From assembly GCA_963823655.1 (NCBI GenBank), contig CAWGMK010000010.1:52311-116310 (forward strand): a stretch of DNA of 64,000 bases, given 5' to 3'. Of this stretch, positions 13,748-23,762 are shown in pieces. Positions within the stretch are counted from its first letter, which is position 1. Each line of letters begins with the position of its first letter. A model generated the notes under the pieces. The model was given only the letters and a program-made list of their open reading frames with translations. It did not search any database and was not told where the DNA came from. The DNA is from an uncultured Bacillota bacterium (GTDB taxonomy: Bacteria; Bacillota; DTU025; MWDF01). The translations under genes and the position numbers were made by a program.

Positions 13748-14775
13748 CTAGCGCAGCAGCGGGTCCGCCGCCCGGCGCGACAGCCAGGTGAGCAGCAGCA
13801 GGACGCCGCCGACCACGGCCAGCAGGACGCCGATGCCGAGGAGGACCGACTCGAGCGAGCGGATCCCCACGCGTCGAGCTCGGTCGAGCCTGCGGCTGCG
13901 GGCGTGGCGCCATCGGTGACGGCCTCCTCGACCGCCAGCGGCTTCGAGGCGGTGCTTCGGCAGCCCCCGCCTGTGAGGGCGCGGCCGCGCCGGCGAGTGG
14001 CTGGCTGACATCGGCCGCATCCGTGCCCGGCTCGTCGACCAGGGCCTTGGCCTGCAGGGTCTCGTCATCCTGGGTGGCAGCCAGGTCGTCCCGGGACACG
14101 TCCCTGCTGCCTCGGCTGTCAGCCGCGCCGACGCGCTCCTCGGCCGTGCGCCTCCGCGGCACTGAAGGCCTCGACCTCGGCGGCGTTGCGCTCCGAGGCG
14201 GCCAGGTCGCTCGTCTCGGACGTCGCGGCTGAGGCCAGCAGCCAGCTGGCGCATCGGCGCGGCAGCCGCGTCGTCGACCGGTGGCGGCAGACGATGCCAT
14301 CGGCGGCGCCTGCATCTGCATGGTGAGGGCCGGGCTGGCGGCTGGGTCCGCCGGGACCAGGGCCGCATCATCAGCTGGCCACACGGCGCCGGCGACCATG
14401 AAGAGGAGGCCCACCGAGAGGATGCCTGCCGCGGCCGGGCGCAGGGCGCCCGCCTGCGGCACGGAGAGGCGACGCAGGAAGCGCTGCACCGCTGAGCCGC
14501 GCAACTCGCGCCGCGTGCTCGGGGTCGATGCGGAAGTCGCGTCGTCGCGGAGGCAGCGGCTCCCAGGCCACGGCGGCGGAGATGGCCCGCAGGTCGGCCG
14601 CCAGCGAGGCGCAGGCGGCGCAGCGAGCCACGAGGTGCGCCGCCTCATGCTGCTGGTCGGCGGTCAGGGGGTCGCCCGCGGCCAGCTGCGCGATGAGCAG
14701 GGGGTCGTGCTGCCCGTGGTCGCACGGGCGGCGGCGCGGGCGTCGGGACTGGCATGTCTCTCATCAGACGCCCCT
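13748..14775 (-). CDS. Putative anti-sigma factor with an N-terminal zf-HC2 zinc finger, a TM helix, an Ala/Pro/Asp-rich extracytoplasmic region and a second C-terminal TM helix. Reading frame and exact ends are uncertain.
   Basis: The minus-strand translation of 14581-14760 gives CDHGQHDPLLIAQLAAGDPLTADQQHEAAHLVARCAACASLAADLRAI (H-x3-C-x2-C). A downstream frame gives QRFLRRLSVPQAGALRPAAAGILSVGLLFMVAGAVW (TM). The 13748..14371 frame ends ...IRSLESVLLGIGVLLAVVGGVLLLLTWLSRRAADPLLR*. It overlaps the sigma-factor 3' end. Confidence 0.5.
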
Positions 14776-14789
14776 AGCCACGGAAGAGT

Positions 14790-15358
14790 TCCATGGCCGG
14801 TCCGAGCCGCTCCCGCAGCGCTGACGCGGCCGCGATGGATGCGGGACTTGACGGTGCCCACGCTGACGCCCGTCAGCTCGGCGATCTCGGCGTAGTCGTA
14901 GCCCTGCACGTCGAAGAGGACGATGGCGGTGCGCTGGTCCTCGGTGATGCCGTCCATGGCCTGGGCCAGCGCGGCACGCTGCCGGGCCAGCAGCGCGACC
15001 TGCTCAGGCCCCTCCGACTCCGGGGCCGGCGGCTGCCAGGCCTCGTCCTCCCACTCCGGGTAGGGGTCCGCGGGGCGGCGCTTGCGCTTGCGCAGGATGT
15101 CCTTGGCGGCGTTGAGGGCGATGCGCGTCAGCCAGGCCCGGAAGGACGGCCCGCTGAAGCGCTCCAGGTTGCGGTAGGCGCTGAAGAACGCTTCCTGGAC
15201 GGCATCCTCGGCGATGTCCCGGTCCCGCACGATGCGCAGGGTCATGCCGTAGAGATAGTCCTGGTAGAGGCCCACGAGCTGGTCGAAGGCCGCGAGCTGG
15301 CCCGCCAGAGCCTCGGCTACGAGCGCCCGGTCACGGGCATTCTCGGGCGCCCGCGTTG
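14790..15358 (-). CDS. ECF (sigma-70 family) RNA polymerase sigma factor.
   Basis: DRALVAEALAGQLAAFDQLVGLYQDYLYGMTLRIVRDRDIAEDAVQEAFFSAYRNLERF (region 2). Region 4: DGITEDQRTAIVLFDVQGYDYAEIAELTGVSVGTVKSRIHRGR. A +1 frame restores a typical end, AALRERLGPAMELFRG*, implying a 1-nt indel near 14830. The start is uncertain; there is an ATG at 15358 in another frame. Confidence 0.75.
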
Positions 15359-15367
15359 CATCCCCGC

Positions 15368-16429
15368 TCAGAGCCAGCCGCGATTCCGGAAGAAGGCCAC
15401 CATGCCGACGAGGATGATGGCCATGGCCAGGACGATGACCCAGAAGGCGGTGGACGTCTGCTCACCCGGGAAGAGGACGTTCATGCCGAAGATGCTGGCC
15501 ACGAGGGTCAGCGGCAGGACGATGACGCTGAAGGAGGTCAGGACCCGCAGGATGTCGTTGACGTTGTGCGAGAGGACCGACTCGTTCGTGGACTCCAGGC
15601 CCTCGATGACCTCCTTGTAGTTCTCCAGGGTGTCCCAGATGCGCTCCGAGGCGTCGATGACGTCGTCGAAGTAGACGTCCAGCTCTTCCGGCGTGGTGAT
15701 GTCCATGGCTCGCTCGAGGTCGCGGAAGGCCACGCGCTGGGGGCGCACGATGCGCCGGAAGTTGATGATCTGCTGCTTGAGGTTGGAGATGTCGCGCACG
15801 ACCTCCTCGGAACGGCCCTCGAAGATGTCGTCCTCGATCTTCTCGAGCTTCTGGCCCATCTTGCGCAGCATGGGGAACGAGGCGTCCACCGCGTGGTCGA
15901 CGATCTTGTAGAGCAGGAAGGCGGCGCCCTTCTCGAAGTAGCCCTCGCGGACCTCCTCGCTCTCCTGGCAGCGCGCGAAGAGGCTGTCGATGGGCTCCAG
16001 GTCCGCGTTGGGCATGGTGATGACGTAGTCGGCGCCGACGAAGAGGTCCAGCTCGACGACGTTGAGCCGCTCGCGGTCGCGGTCGAAGCGCGGGAACTGC
16101 AGGACCACGAAGAAGTAGTCGTCGTAGCGGTCCACCTTGGGGCGCTGGTTGCGCGAGTAGATGTCCTCGTAGTCGAGCGGGTGGAACTGGAAGCGCTCCT
16201 CCAGCCAATCCTGGTCCGCCTGGCGGGGCTTGGGGATGTGGATCCAGCGGATGCCGCTGCTGGTGACGATCGACGGGTCAGCCTGGGGCTCCTCAGGCAG
16301 CGCCAGCGTGGTCCGGCCACGGCGCACGGGGCGCACGGGCAGACGGGGCGGGCGGATGACGGGCACGTCAGGCCGCTCCCGGGAGATCGCGGGAGGCGCA
16401 GCCCACGTTTCGGTCGCGGTTCCGGTCAC
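15368..16429 (-). CDS. corA: Magnesium/cobalt transporter CorA.
   Basis: Intact 353-aa ORF with the C-terminal double TM and GMN motif: ...LTSFSVIVLPLTLVASIFGMNVLFPGEQTSTAFWVIVLAMAIILVGMVAFF. Confidence 0.85.
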   Translation of the reverse strand: MTGTATETWAAPPAISRERPDVPVIRPPRLPVRPVRRGRTTLALPEEPQADPSIVTSSGIRWIHIPKPRQADQDWLEERFQFHPLDYEDIYSRNQRPKVDRYDDYFFVVLQFPRFDRDRERLNVVELDLFVGADYVITMPNADLEPIDSLFARCQESEEVREGYFEKGAAFLLYKIVDHAVDASFPMLRKMGQKLEKIEDDIFEGRSEEVVRDISNLKQQIINFRRIVRPQRVAFRDLERAMDITTPEELDVYFDDVIDASERIWDTLENYKEVIEGLESTNESVLSHNVNDILRVLTSFSVIVLPLTLVASIFGMNVLFPGEQTSTAFWVIVLAMAIILVGMVAFFRNRGWL

Positions 16430-16561
16430 TCACGACGACATCCTCCGGAGACCATCGGCAAAGCTGGCGTTTCGCGAGTCTACACCGGCCGCGGGACCGG
16501 ACCGCCGCCGCTCCGCCAGCCGAAGCAGGAGCCGATCTGGAGACCTTCGGCGCCCGGGCGG

Positions 16562-17138
16562 TCAGCCCTTGGGACCGATGAACTCGTCGAGGATGGCGAC
16601 GCTCCGACGGTGGGCGATGGAAACGTCATAGCGGCGGTTGGGCCGACACTCCACGCCGATCATCCCGCACACGTGGACGAAGATCCCCATGATGTCCGCG
16701 GAGCGGTTCGTGAAGAAGTAGCGAGGGTACTCGTACCGCGTGCCGATGCGGTTCCGGACGCGGTTCGTGACCCGACAGCCGTCGGAGTGGATAAGACCCT
16801 TGACCAGCTCCCGCGGGTACGACTCGACGAGGTCCCACTGCCAGGGTTCGAGCTCGATCCTGCGGAGGTGCTTGGGGCCCGGGCCGACCTGTGGGAAGAC
16901 GCACGGCCAGTGCTTCCAGTAGCAGTTGATATCCACGCAGCCGATGCGGCTCACGACGCCGGGCTTCTTGCCGGTGACCTCGGCGATGGCCGCCTTGCAG
17001 CTGCTCGATGAGCCCCGGGTACCGGCTGTCCTGTGAGATGCGGAGCCTCCACACATCGCGGGCACCACGCGAGATGACACCATCACCCAGATAGAGACCC
17101 AGCAGATACACATACGCACGATCGAGGCCACGAGTCAT
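16562..17138 (-). CDS. Small two-motif LAGLIDADG-family homing endonuclease-like protein (~190 aa), directly downstream of tRNA-Leu.
   Basis: Motif 1 MTRGLDRAYVYLLGLYLGDGVISRGARDVWRLRISQDSRYPGLIEQL (frame of 16626..17432). Motif 2 ...YPRELVKGLIHSDGCRVTNRV (frame of 16562..17131). Both keep the penultimate Asp and Gly of LAGLIDADG. There is one apparent frameshift between the motifs. Confidence 0.5.
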
Positions 17139-17204
17139 CGATGCAGAGCGTTGGCTCAGGTGGCACAGCCCGGCACCGGGGCCGCGACTCGGACTGATCG
17201 CTTG

Positions 17205-17289
17205 GTGCGGCGGGTGGGATTCGAACCCACACGTCCTTTCGGACAATGGATTTTGAGGCCATCGCGTCAGCCGTTGCGCCACCGCCGCA
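17205..17289 (-). tRNA. tRNA-Leu (anticodon CAA), type II with a long variable arm; the CCA is encoded.
   Basis: Minus-strand read: GCGGCGG-TG-GCG-CAACGGCTGA-CGC-G-ATGGC-CTCAAAA-TCCAT-TGTCCGAAAGGACGT-GTGGG-TTCGAAT-CCCAC-CCGCCGC-A-CCA. It has a 7-bp acceptor stem with one G·U pair, a GTTCGAATC T-loop and a variable-arm stem GTCC/GGAC. Anticodon-stem pair 31·39 is a C·U mismatch. Confidence 0.8.
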
Positions 17290-17515
17290 GGGCCTCCACT
17301 ATAGCGGAGGCTGATGGGGCGAGTAATAGAACATCTATTCGATTCCGGCAAGTGGCTTTCCGAGCCAGACCCAGCCGTCCTCAGGCGTTGGCCGCGTGGC
17401 TGTGTGGGGCTCGACTGCCACCTTCGCCCCACCGTGCCGAACGGCTAGCGGCCGCAGGACGGCGCGCGCATACTGCGCCGCATCGACCGCAGGGTCGTCG
17501 CATGGAGGCTGACCC

Positions 17516-17899
17516 ATGACGCGCGTGCTCGTCGTCCACCACGACATCGACCTGGCTGACCAGGAGGTCGACTCCCTGAGGCGGATGGGCTACGAGCCCG
17601 TGGAGTGCTCGGGTCCATCCGGCTACTCCTGCCCCGTCCTGCGTGGCGAGCACTGCCCGGCCGTCCAGGACGCGGACGTGCTCGTCTACGACGTCTGGTC
17701 GACGATGGAATCGGGCAGCGGTCGTTCCCTCATCGAGGGCCTGCGAGAGCTCCATCCGGATATCCCCATCGTGCTCACGGCCCCTGGCATGGAGCTCGAC
17801 TGGGTGGAGGTGGAAGGCGCCCACAAGGTCGTGCCGCTGGTGGGCATCCCCACCGCAGAGAAGCTGGACGCGGCCATCAAGGAGGCCCTGGCCAGGTAG
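17516..17899 (+). CDS. Stand-alone receiver (CheY-like) fold protein with a Cys-rich insertion and no output domain.
   Basis: MTRVLVVHHDIDLADQEVDSLRRMGYEPVECSGPSGYSCPVLRGEHCPAVQDADVLVYDVWSTMESGSGRSLIEGLRELHPDIPIVLTAPG. It has the VLVV..D acidic pocket, a DADVLVYDV acceptor-like Asp and IPIVLTA. The insert is C-x6-C-x7-C plus His. Intact ORF. Confidence 0.5.
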   Translation: MTRVLVVHHDIDLADQEVDSLRRMGYEPVECSGPSGYSCPVLRGEHCPAVQDADVLVYDVWSTMESGSGRSLIEGLRELHPDIPIVLTAPGMELDWVEVEGAHKVVPLVGIPTAEKLDAAIKEALAR

Positions 17900-18096
17900 G
17901 GTCGCTCCCCCTGCGGGGCGCCGGCCGAGCGACGGACCAGCCCGGGTTCAGTTGAAGAGGCGGCCCAGCCAGCGCCAGCGCGCGACCTCGGGGAGCTTCG
18001 CATCGATTCGCGCACTGCGGCCCGGGAGCTCCCCGTCAAGGATCGATCGATCGGCTGCGGGTGCCGGGGACGCGACTCGGTGTGCGTCATGGCGGC

Positions 18097-18920
18097 TCAG
18101 GTCACCCTGCCAGCGCCGGCCAGGTGGGCCGCCATCCAATCCACGCCGAAGCCAACGAGGTCCGCGGCGTCGATGAGCTCGCTGTTGGCCGCGCCGACCG
18201 GTCCGACGCTGGCCCGCCCGAGGGACAGGTAGTCCGCCAGGATGTCAGCGAAGTAGTCCCGTCCCGGCAGGTAATCCACGATCCCGTGCTGTCATCGAGG
18301 CAGTCCACGACGCGGACCTCGCTGCCCCAGGCCGTGCGGACACGGCGGTAGCGGCGCACACGTCGCTTGGGCTCGATCGGCGCAAGGTACTCGGCGTAGT
18401 GCAGGAGCGTCGTGGTGGCTGGGTCGGCACCGAGGCGCAGGACCCGGCCACGAGCCTGAAGCAGCTCCTCGAGGGGGGAGCCGGGTCCGAAGTAGTCGTC
18501 CCATGGCACCGTGGCGAGCCAGCGCTCGGCGAGCCGCCCGGCTGCCCCGAAGCGGCCCTCCGGATGATCGCTCACGCGCGTCCCGGGTCGGCGACGGAAG
18601 ACCTCGGCCAGGGCGCCGACCTCGGGGTCGGCGGGCGTCGTCGTGGCATCGAAGGGCTCGGCGTCCGCGAGCAGCGCGGGTCGCTCAGCCTCGGACCGCT
18701 CGTTCACCCACGCCCACTCGTCGGCGGCTCCCAGCACCATGAGCATCGTGCCCTGCGGGCCGATGGCCTCGAGGATGGCGTCGATGACACCCTCGGCGCC
18801 GCCCTCGACCGGGCCGATCCGCCGCAGGGAGGCATGCACCATGAGCGCATCGCCCGTCACCACGCCGAGCGCACGCAGGTCGCGTGCCAGGGCGCCGGGC
18901 GGACGCACGTGGGTCGGCAT
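18097..18920 (-). CDS. Aminoglycoside N3-acetyltransferase family protein (AAC(3)-like, Antibiotic_NAT fold).
   Basis: MPTHVRPPGALARDLRALGVVTGDALMVHASLRRIGPVEGGAEGVIDAILEAIGPQGTMLMVLGAADEWAWV...LLHYAEYLAPIEPKRRVRRYRRV. The C-terminus is in a second frame: DYLPGRDYFADILADYLSLGRASVGPVGAANSELIDAADLVGFGVDWMAAHLAGAGRVT*. There is a frameshift near 18290. Confidence 0.65.
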
Positions 18921-18978
18921 GCCGGAACGATACGACGCACGACCCGAGGTCCTCGCCGCCCCGCTAGGATTCGACGCG

Positions 18979-19687
18979 ATGCGCCCGCACGTGCTCGTGA
19001 ACATGGCCGTCAGCGCCGATGGCAAGATCGACTCGCGAGAGCGTCGCGGTGCACGGATCTCCGGCACGGCCGACACGGCACGGGTGGATCGCCTTCGCGC
19101 CGCCGCGGATGCCGTGATGGTCGGGGGTCGCACGCTGCTGGGCGAGGACCCCCGCCTGACCGTGCGCGACGCGGCCCTGAGCGGCGGCCGCCAGGCGGCC
19201 GGTCGCACGGCGCAGCCGGCCAAGGTCGGCGTGACCTCGCGCATCGGACAGCCCGGGGGGGATGCCCCTGCCCTGCCCTTCCCGAGCCACTTCCTGAGTG
19301 ACGGCGGCGCGACCGTCTTCGTGGCCACCACGCGCGCCACGGACGCCGAGGCCCGAGAGTGGCTCAGCGGCCCAGGGCGTCAGCCTCATCGTCCACGAGG
19401 GAACGCGCGTGGACCTCGCTCGGCTCCTGGACGAGCTCGGTGAGCAGGGCATCGCGCAGCTCATGGTCGAGGGCGGGGGCACCCTCGTCGCCGCGCTCCT
19501 GGAGGCCGGGCTGGTGGACGAGCTGCAGCTGGCCGTGGCTCCCCTCCTGCTCGGGGGTGAAGACGCCCCGACACCCGTGGGTGGGCCGGGCTGGCCGCTG
19601 GCCGGGGCCGTCCACCTCACCCTCCTGGGCACCGAGATCGATGAGGATGACGACGTGATCCTGCGCTATGGCATCGGGCGGGGCTGA
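18979..19687 (+). CDS. RibD C-terminal domain (DHFR-like) reductase; it may be a stand-alone riboflavin-pathway reductase or a paralogue.
   Basis: MRPHVLVNMAVSADGKIDSRERRGARISGTADTARVDRLRAAADAVMVGGRTLLGEDPRLTV...ATVFVATTRATDAEAREWL, then in a second frame IVHEGTRVDLARLLDELGEQGIAQLMVEGGGTLVAALLEAGLVDELQLAVAPLLLGGED. There is a frameshift near 19370. It is divergent from the AAC(3) gene, with ~58 bp between the two starts. Confidence 0.65.
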
Positions 19688-22255
19688 CCTCATGGCTGAC
19701 GCCGATCCGGCCCCGAGCCCGGAGTCGCCACCCGGGCGCGCGGCCCCCGACCTTGACGCCGACACGCCTGTCGACCTGCCGCCCACCCTGCCCAGCGGCC
19801 TGAGCGAGGAGGAGGCCGCCGATCGGCGCGCCCGAGGCCTCGGCAACGTGGCTCCTCCGGCCACCACGCGCACGTACACGGCCATCGTCCGCGAGAACGT
19901 CTTCACCTTCGTCAACAACGTCCTCTTCCTGATGGGCCTTGCCCTGGTCCTCGTGGGCCGGCCCTTCGACGCCTTCGTCTCCCTTGCCGTCATCAGCACC
20001 AACATCCTGGTCGGCATCGTCCAGGAGGTGCGCGCCAAGCAGACGCTGGACCGCATCGCCCTGCTCACACGGCCGACGGCCAAGGTCGTGCGCGACGGCG
20101 ACGTGCGCGAGGTGCGACCGGAGGAGCTCGTCGTCGGCGACCTCATCGCCGTCGAGGCCGGCGACCAGATCGTCGTGGACGGCCGATTGGCGGAGGGCCG
20201 CATCGAGGTCGACGAGTCACAGCTCACCGGGGAGTCGGACCTGGTGCCGAAGCGGCCGGGCGACCGGGTCTTCTCAGGCAGCTACCCGACCTCCGGGCGG
20301 GGCCGCTACGTGGCGGAGACGGTCGGCGAGGCCAGCCTGGCCGGCCGCATCACGACCGGGGCGCGCACGTTCCGACGCACGTTGACGCCATTGCAGCGCG
20401 AGATCCAGACCGTCATCCGGGTGACGCTGGCCATCGTGCTGTACCTGCAGCTGCTGCTCGTCGTCAAGAACGTCCTGCTTGACGTGCCGCTCGACGAGGC
20501 CGTCATCGAGGCCACCGTCCTGGTCGGCCTCATCCCCAACGGCCTCTTCGTGTCCATCGCCATCGCCTACGCCCTGGCGGCCGTGCGCATGACCCGCTAC
20601 GGCGCGCTGGTGCAGCAGGCCAACGCGGTCGAATCGCTCAGCCACGTGGACATGCTCTGCGTGGACAAGACGGGCACGCTCACGGCCAACCAGCTGGAGC
20701 TTGAGCAGATCGTGCCGCTGGAGGGCGAGGAGGCCAGCGCGCGCGCGGCCGTGGCGCTCATGGTCGCCAGCAGCGCCGCCCTCAACAAGACCAGCGAGGC
20801 CATCGCCGCCGCCGTGCCGGTGGCGGGTCGCGCGCCGATCGAGGAAGCGCCGTTCTCGTCAGCCCGCAAGTGGAGCGCGGTCAGCCTGCCGCCTGGCGAT
20901 GAGCCCGATGCCGCGCCGGGCGGCACGTACGCCATGGGCGCGCCGACCTTCCTGCAGCGCTATCTCGCGGTGAGCGATGCGGAGTGGCGCAACATCGAGG
21001 GTCTCGTGGCCCACCACGCCGCACAGGGCATGCGGGTCCTGCTGGCCGCCTGGAGCCCGGATGCGACGACCTTGGTCGACGAGGGCGATGCCTCCGTCCT
21101 GCCGGCTGACTCACGGCCCTACGCGCTCATCGTCCTGCGGGACGTCCTGCGCCAGGACGCGGCCGAGACCCTGCGGCGCTTCCGTGACATGGGCGTGGAC
21201 GTGCGCGTCATCTCCGGCGACGACCCGGACACGGTGGCCACGCTGGCGCGCCAGGCCGGCCTGGACACGAGCCGGGGCGTGGTCTCCGGTCCCGAGCTGG
21301 AGGCCATGGACGACGACCGTTTCAGCAGCGTCGCCGAGCGGACGGCTGTCTTCGGCCGCATCACGCCCGCAGCTCAAGGAGCGGCTCGTGGGCACCTTCC
21401 GCGAGCAGGGGCACTACGTGGCCATGACCGGGGACGGCGTCAACGACGTGCTCTCGCTGAAGCGCTCCAACCTGGCCATCGCCATGGGCAGCGGCAGCCA
21501 GGCGACGCGCGGCGTGGCGGACCTCATCCTCATCGACGATGGCTTCTCGGCCCTGGCCTCGGCCATCGGCGAGGGCCAGCGCATCCTCAACGGGATGCAG
21601 GACATCCTGCGCGTCTTCCTGACCCGCATCCTGTCGCTGGGCATGCTCATCGTCTCCGCCCTGGTCATCGGCTTCTTCCCGGTCGACCTGCGCAACGCCT
21701 CGGTCATCACGCTCTTCACGGTCGGCATCCCCACCGCCCTGCTGGCCATCTGGGCACGGCCCGGTCGCCTGCCCCGGGAGACGCTCCAGCAGACGCTGGC
21801 GCGCTTCGTCGTGCCCCCGGCGGCCGTGGCCTCCTTCCTGGGCCTCCTGGTGGCCGCGGTCGTGCTGCTCATGGCCGAGGCGGACCGCGACGCCGGCCTC
21901 GTCGAAGCGGCGAGCGTGGAGCCCCTGGCTCGCACGGCCGTGACGGCCTTCCTCGTCAGCGTCGGCCTGCTGCTGCTGCTCTTCGTGGAGCCGCCGACCG
22001 ATCGTCTCGCGGTCATCGAGCCCGTCTCGCCGGACAGGCGGCCGAGCCTGGCTGGCGCTGATCCTGGCGATCGCCTTCGCCATCGTGCTGGTCGTGCCGC
22101 CCCTGCGGGCCTTCTTCAATCTGCACCCCCTGGGTCCGCGCGAGGTGCTCGTCGTGCTCGTCGGCCCTGGCGGCGTGGGCGGCCCTCGTGTGGGTCTTCT
22201 GGCGGGGGCGCTTCGTGGACCGCTTCCTGGGCGTCGCCCCACCGGCGACCCCTCG
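19668..22255 (+). CDS. Cation-transporting P-type ATPase (HAD-like P-domain).
   Basis: TGES motif (ESQLTGESDLVPK), phosphorylation site DMLCVDKTGTLTANQ, hinge MTGDGVNDVLSLKRSNLAIAMG (20977..23148 frame) and a C-terminal TM region ending ...LRAFFNLHPLGPREVLVVLV...WVFWRGRFVDRFLG (22085-22385 frames). There are at least three frameshifts. Confidence 0.85.
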
Positions 22256-22398
22256 AGGCGCCCGGTGCCACCGGAACGGCTACGAGCGCACGAGCGGGGA
22301 ACCGGCGCGACGTAGACTGCGTCATAGCGCGGCGACGGGATCGTGGGCGACTGCGCACGACTCCGCACAGTCCAATGACGCATGAGGAGGTCGATCGC

Positions 22399-23576
22399 AT
22401 GACCAAGACCCGGACCCTGCTCGGCTCGCTGGCGGCGTGCGCGCTGCTGGCCTCGATGGCCACGTCGGCCTTCGCGGCGGGCGATGAGCCTGACGCCATC
22501 CCCATCGAAGGCGCAGAGGGCATCCCCTGGCAGCTCGTGGAGCAGTCCGTCGACGGCACCATGACCGCCGTGCCGGACGGCGTCGTCGTGACCCTCCTGC
22601 TGGAGGACGGCGCGGGCGGCGGCAACGGCGGCTGCAACAACTACTTCGGCGAGTACACGCTGGAGGGCACGAGCCTGACCTTCGGCCCGATCGGCTCGAC
22701 GATGATGCTCTGCGAAGGGCCTGCCAGCGAGGTCGAGGCCGCCTACCTCGCCAACCTGGCCAGCGTCGCGACCTGGGCGAACACCGGTGGCTCGCTCGTG
22801 CTGGGTGGCGCGGATGGCCAGCCCATCCTGAACTTCCTGCCGGCGGCCACGGAGCCGGCAGCCAGCATCGAGGGCATCACGTGGCTGCTGACCAGTCAGG
22901 CGGTCGACGGCCAGCTGGCGGCGCTGCCGTCCGGCGACCCGCCGATCGTCGTTTCGCTGCTGCTGGACGAGGGCCGCGCCGGCGGGCGCCGGCGGCTGCA
23001 ACAACTACTTCGCCAGCTACACGCTGGACGGCTCCAGCCTGGTCTTCGGCCCCATCGGCGCCACCCAGATGTTCTGCGAGGGACCGGCCGGCGAGGTCGA
23101 GACGGCCTACCTGGCCAACCTCGCCACGGTGGCCTCCTGGGCCTCTGATGGCTCGACCCTGAGCCTCGCCGATGCGAGCGGCACGATCGTCCTGGAGTAC
23201 GCCATGGCGCCCGAGGCCAGCATCCTGGGCGGCTGGGTCGCGAGCGGCCTCAACAACGGGGCCAACGCGGTCGTGACCTCGGACACCACGCCGCTGGTGA
23301 CCGCCGTCTTCGATGCCGAAGGCCGCCTGACCGGCTTCGACGGCTGCAACGACTACTTCACCGACTACACGCATCGACGGCGACCAGATCAGCATCTCGG
23401 ACGCCATCGGCTCGACGCGCATGGCCTGCGAGTCGGACGCCCTGTCCGAGCAGTCGCAGCAGTACTACGCGGCACTCCTGGCCGCCACGACCTGGTCGGT
23501 GAGCCCGGACGGCATGCTCGAGCTGCGTGATGGCGAGGGCGCCCTGCAGGTGAGCTTCACGGCTGCCATGGGCTGA
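22399..23576 (+). CDS. Lipoprotein with three tandem META (HslJ-like, DUF306) domains.
   Basis: Signal/lipobox MTKTRTLLGSLAACALLASMATSAFAAG. Repeated units W.L...VDG.....P.G....LLLEDG.AGG..GCNNYFG.YTLEG.SL.FGPIG.T.M.CEGPA.EVE.AYLANLA.V..W. Third copy: ...FDAEGRLTGFDGCNDYFTDYT. There are frameshifts near 22980 and 23350. Confidence 0.6.
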
Positions 23577-23762
23577 CCCCCAGTCGCGGGCGACGCGATG
23601 GGCGCTGGCCCGACACGCTCGATGGACGAGGCGCTCTCCTGGCGAGGGCGCCTCGTGCTGTCAGCGGCCTCGCGGCTCGGGCGCAGCAGCCGGGAGCGCG
23701 CTACGATCGATGGCCAGCAGGGGGCGTCGTCGCAGGGGCCCAGACGAGCACAGGAGGTGGCG

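Noticed and set aside
12753-14648. 631-aa minus-strand ORF overlapping the polA 5' region.
   Set aside because: Its 3' two-thirds is an alternate frame of polA (Arg/Pro/Gly-rich nonsense). Only its 5' third (TM segment ILSVGLLFMVAGAVW) is real and belongs to the anti-sigma factor.
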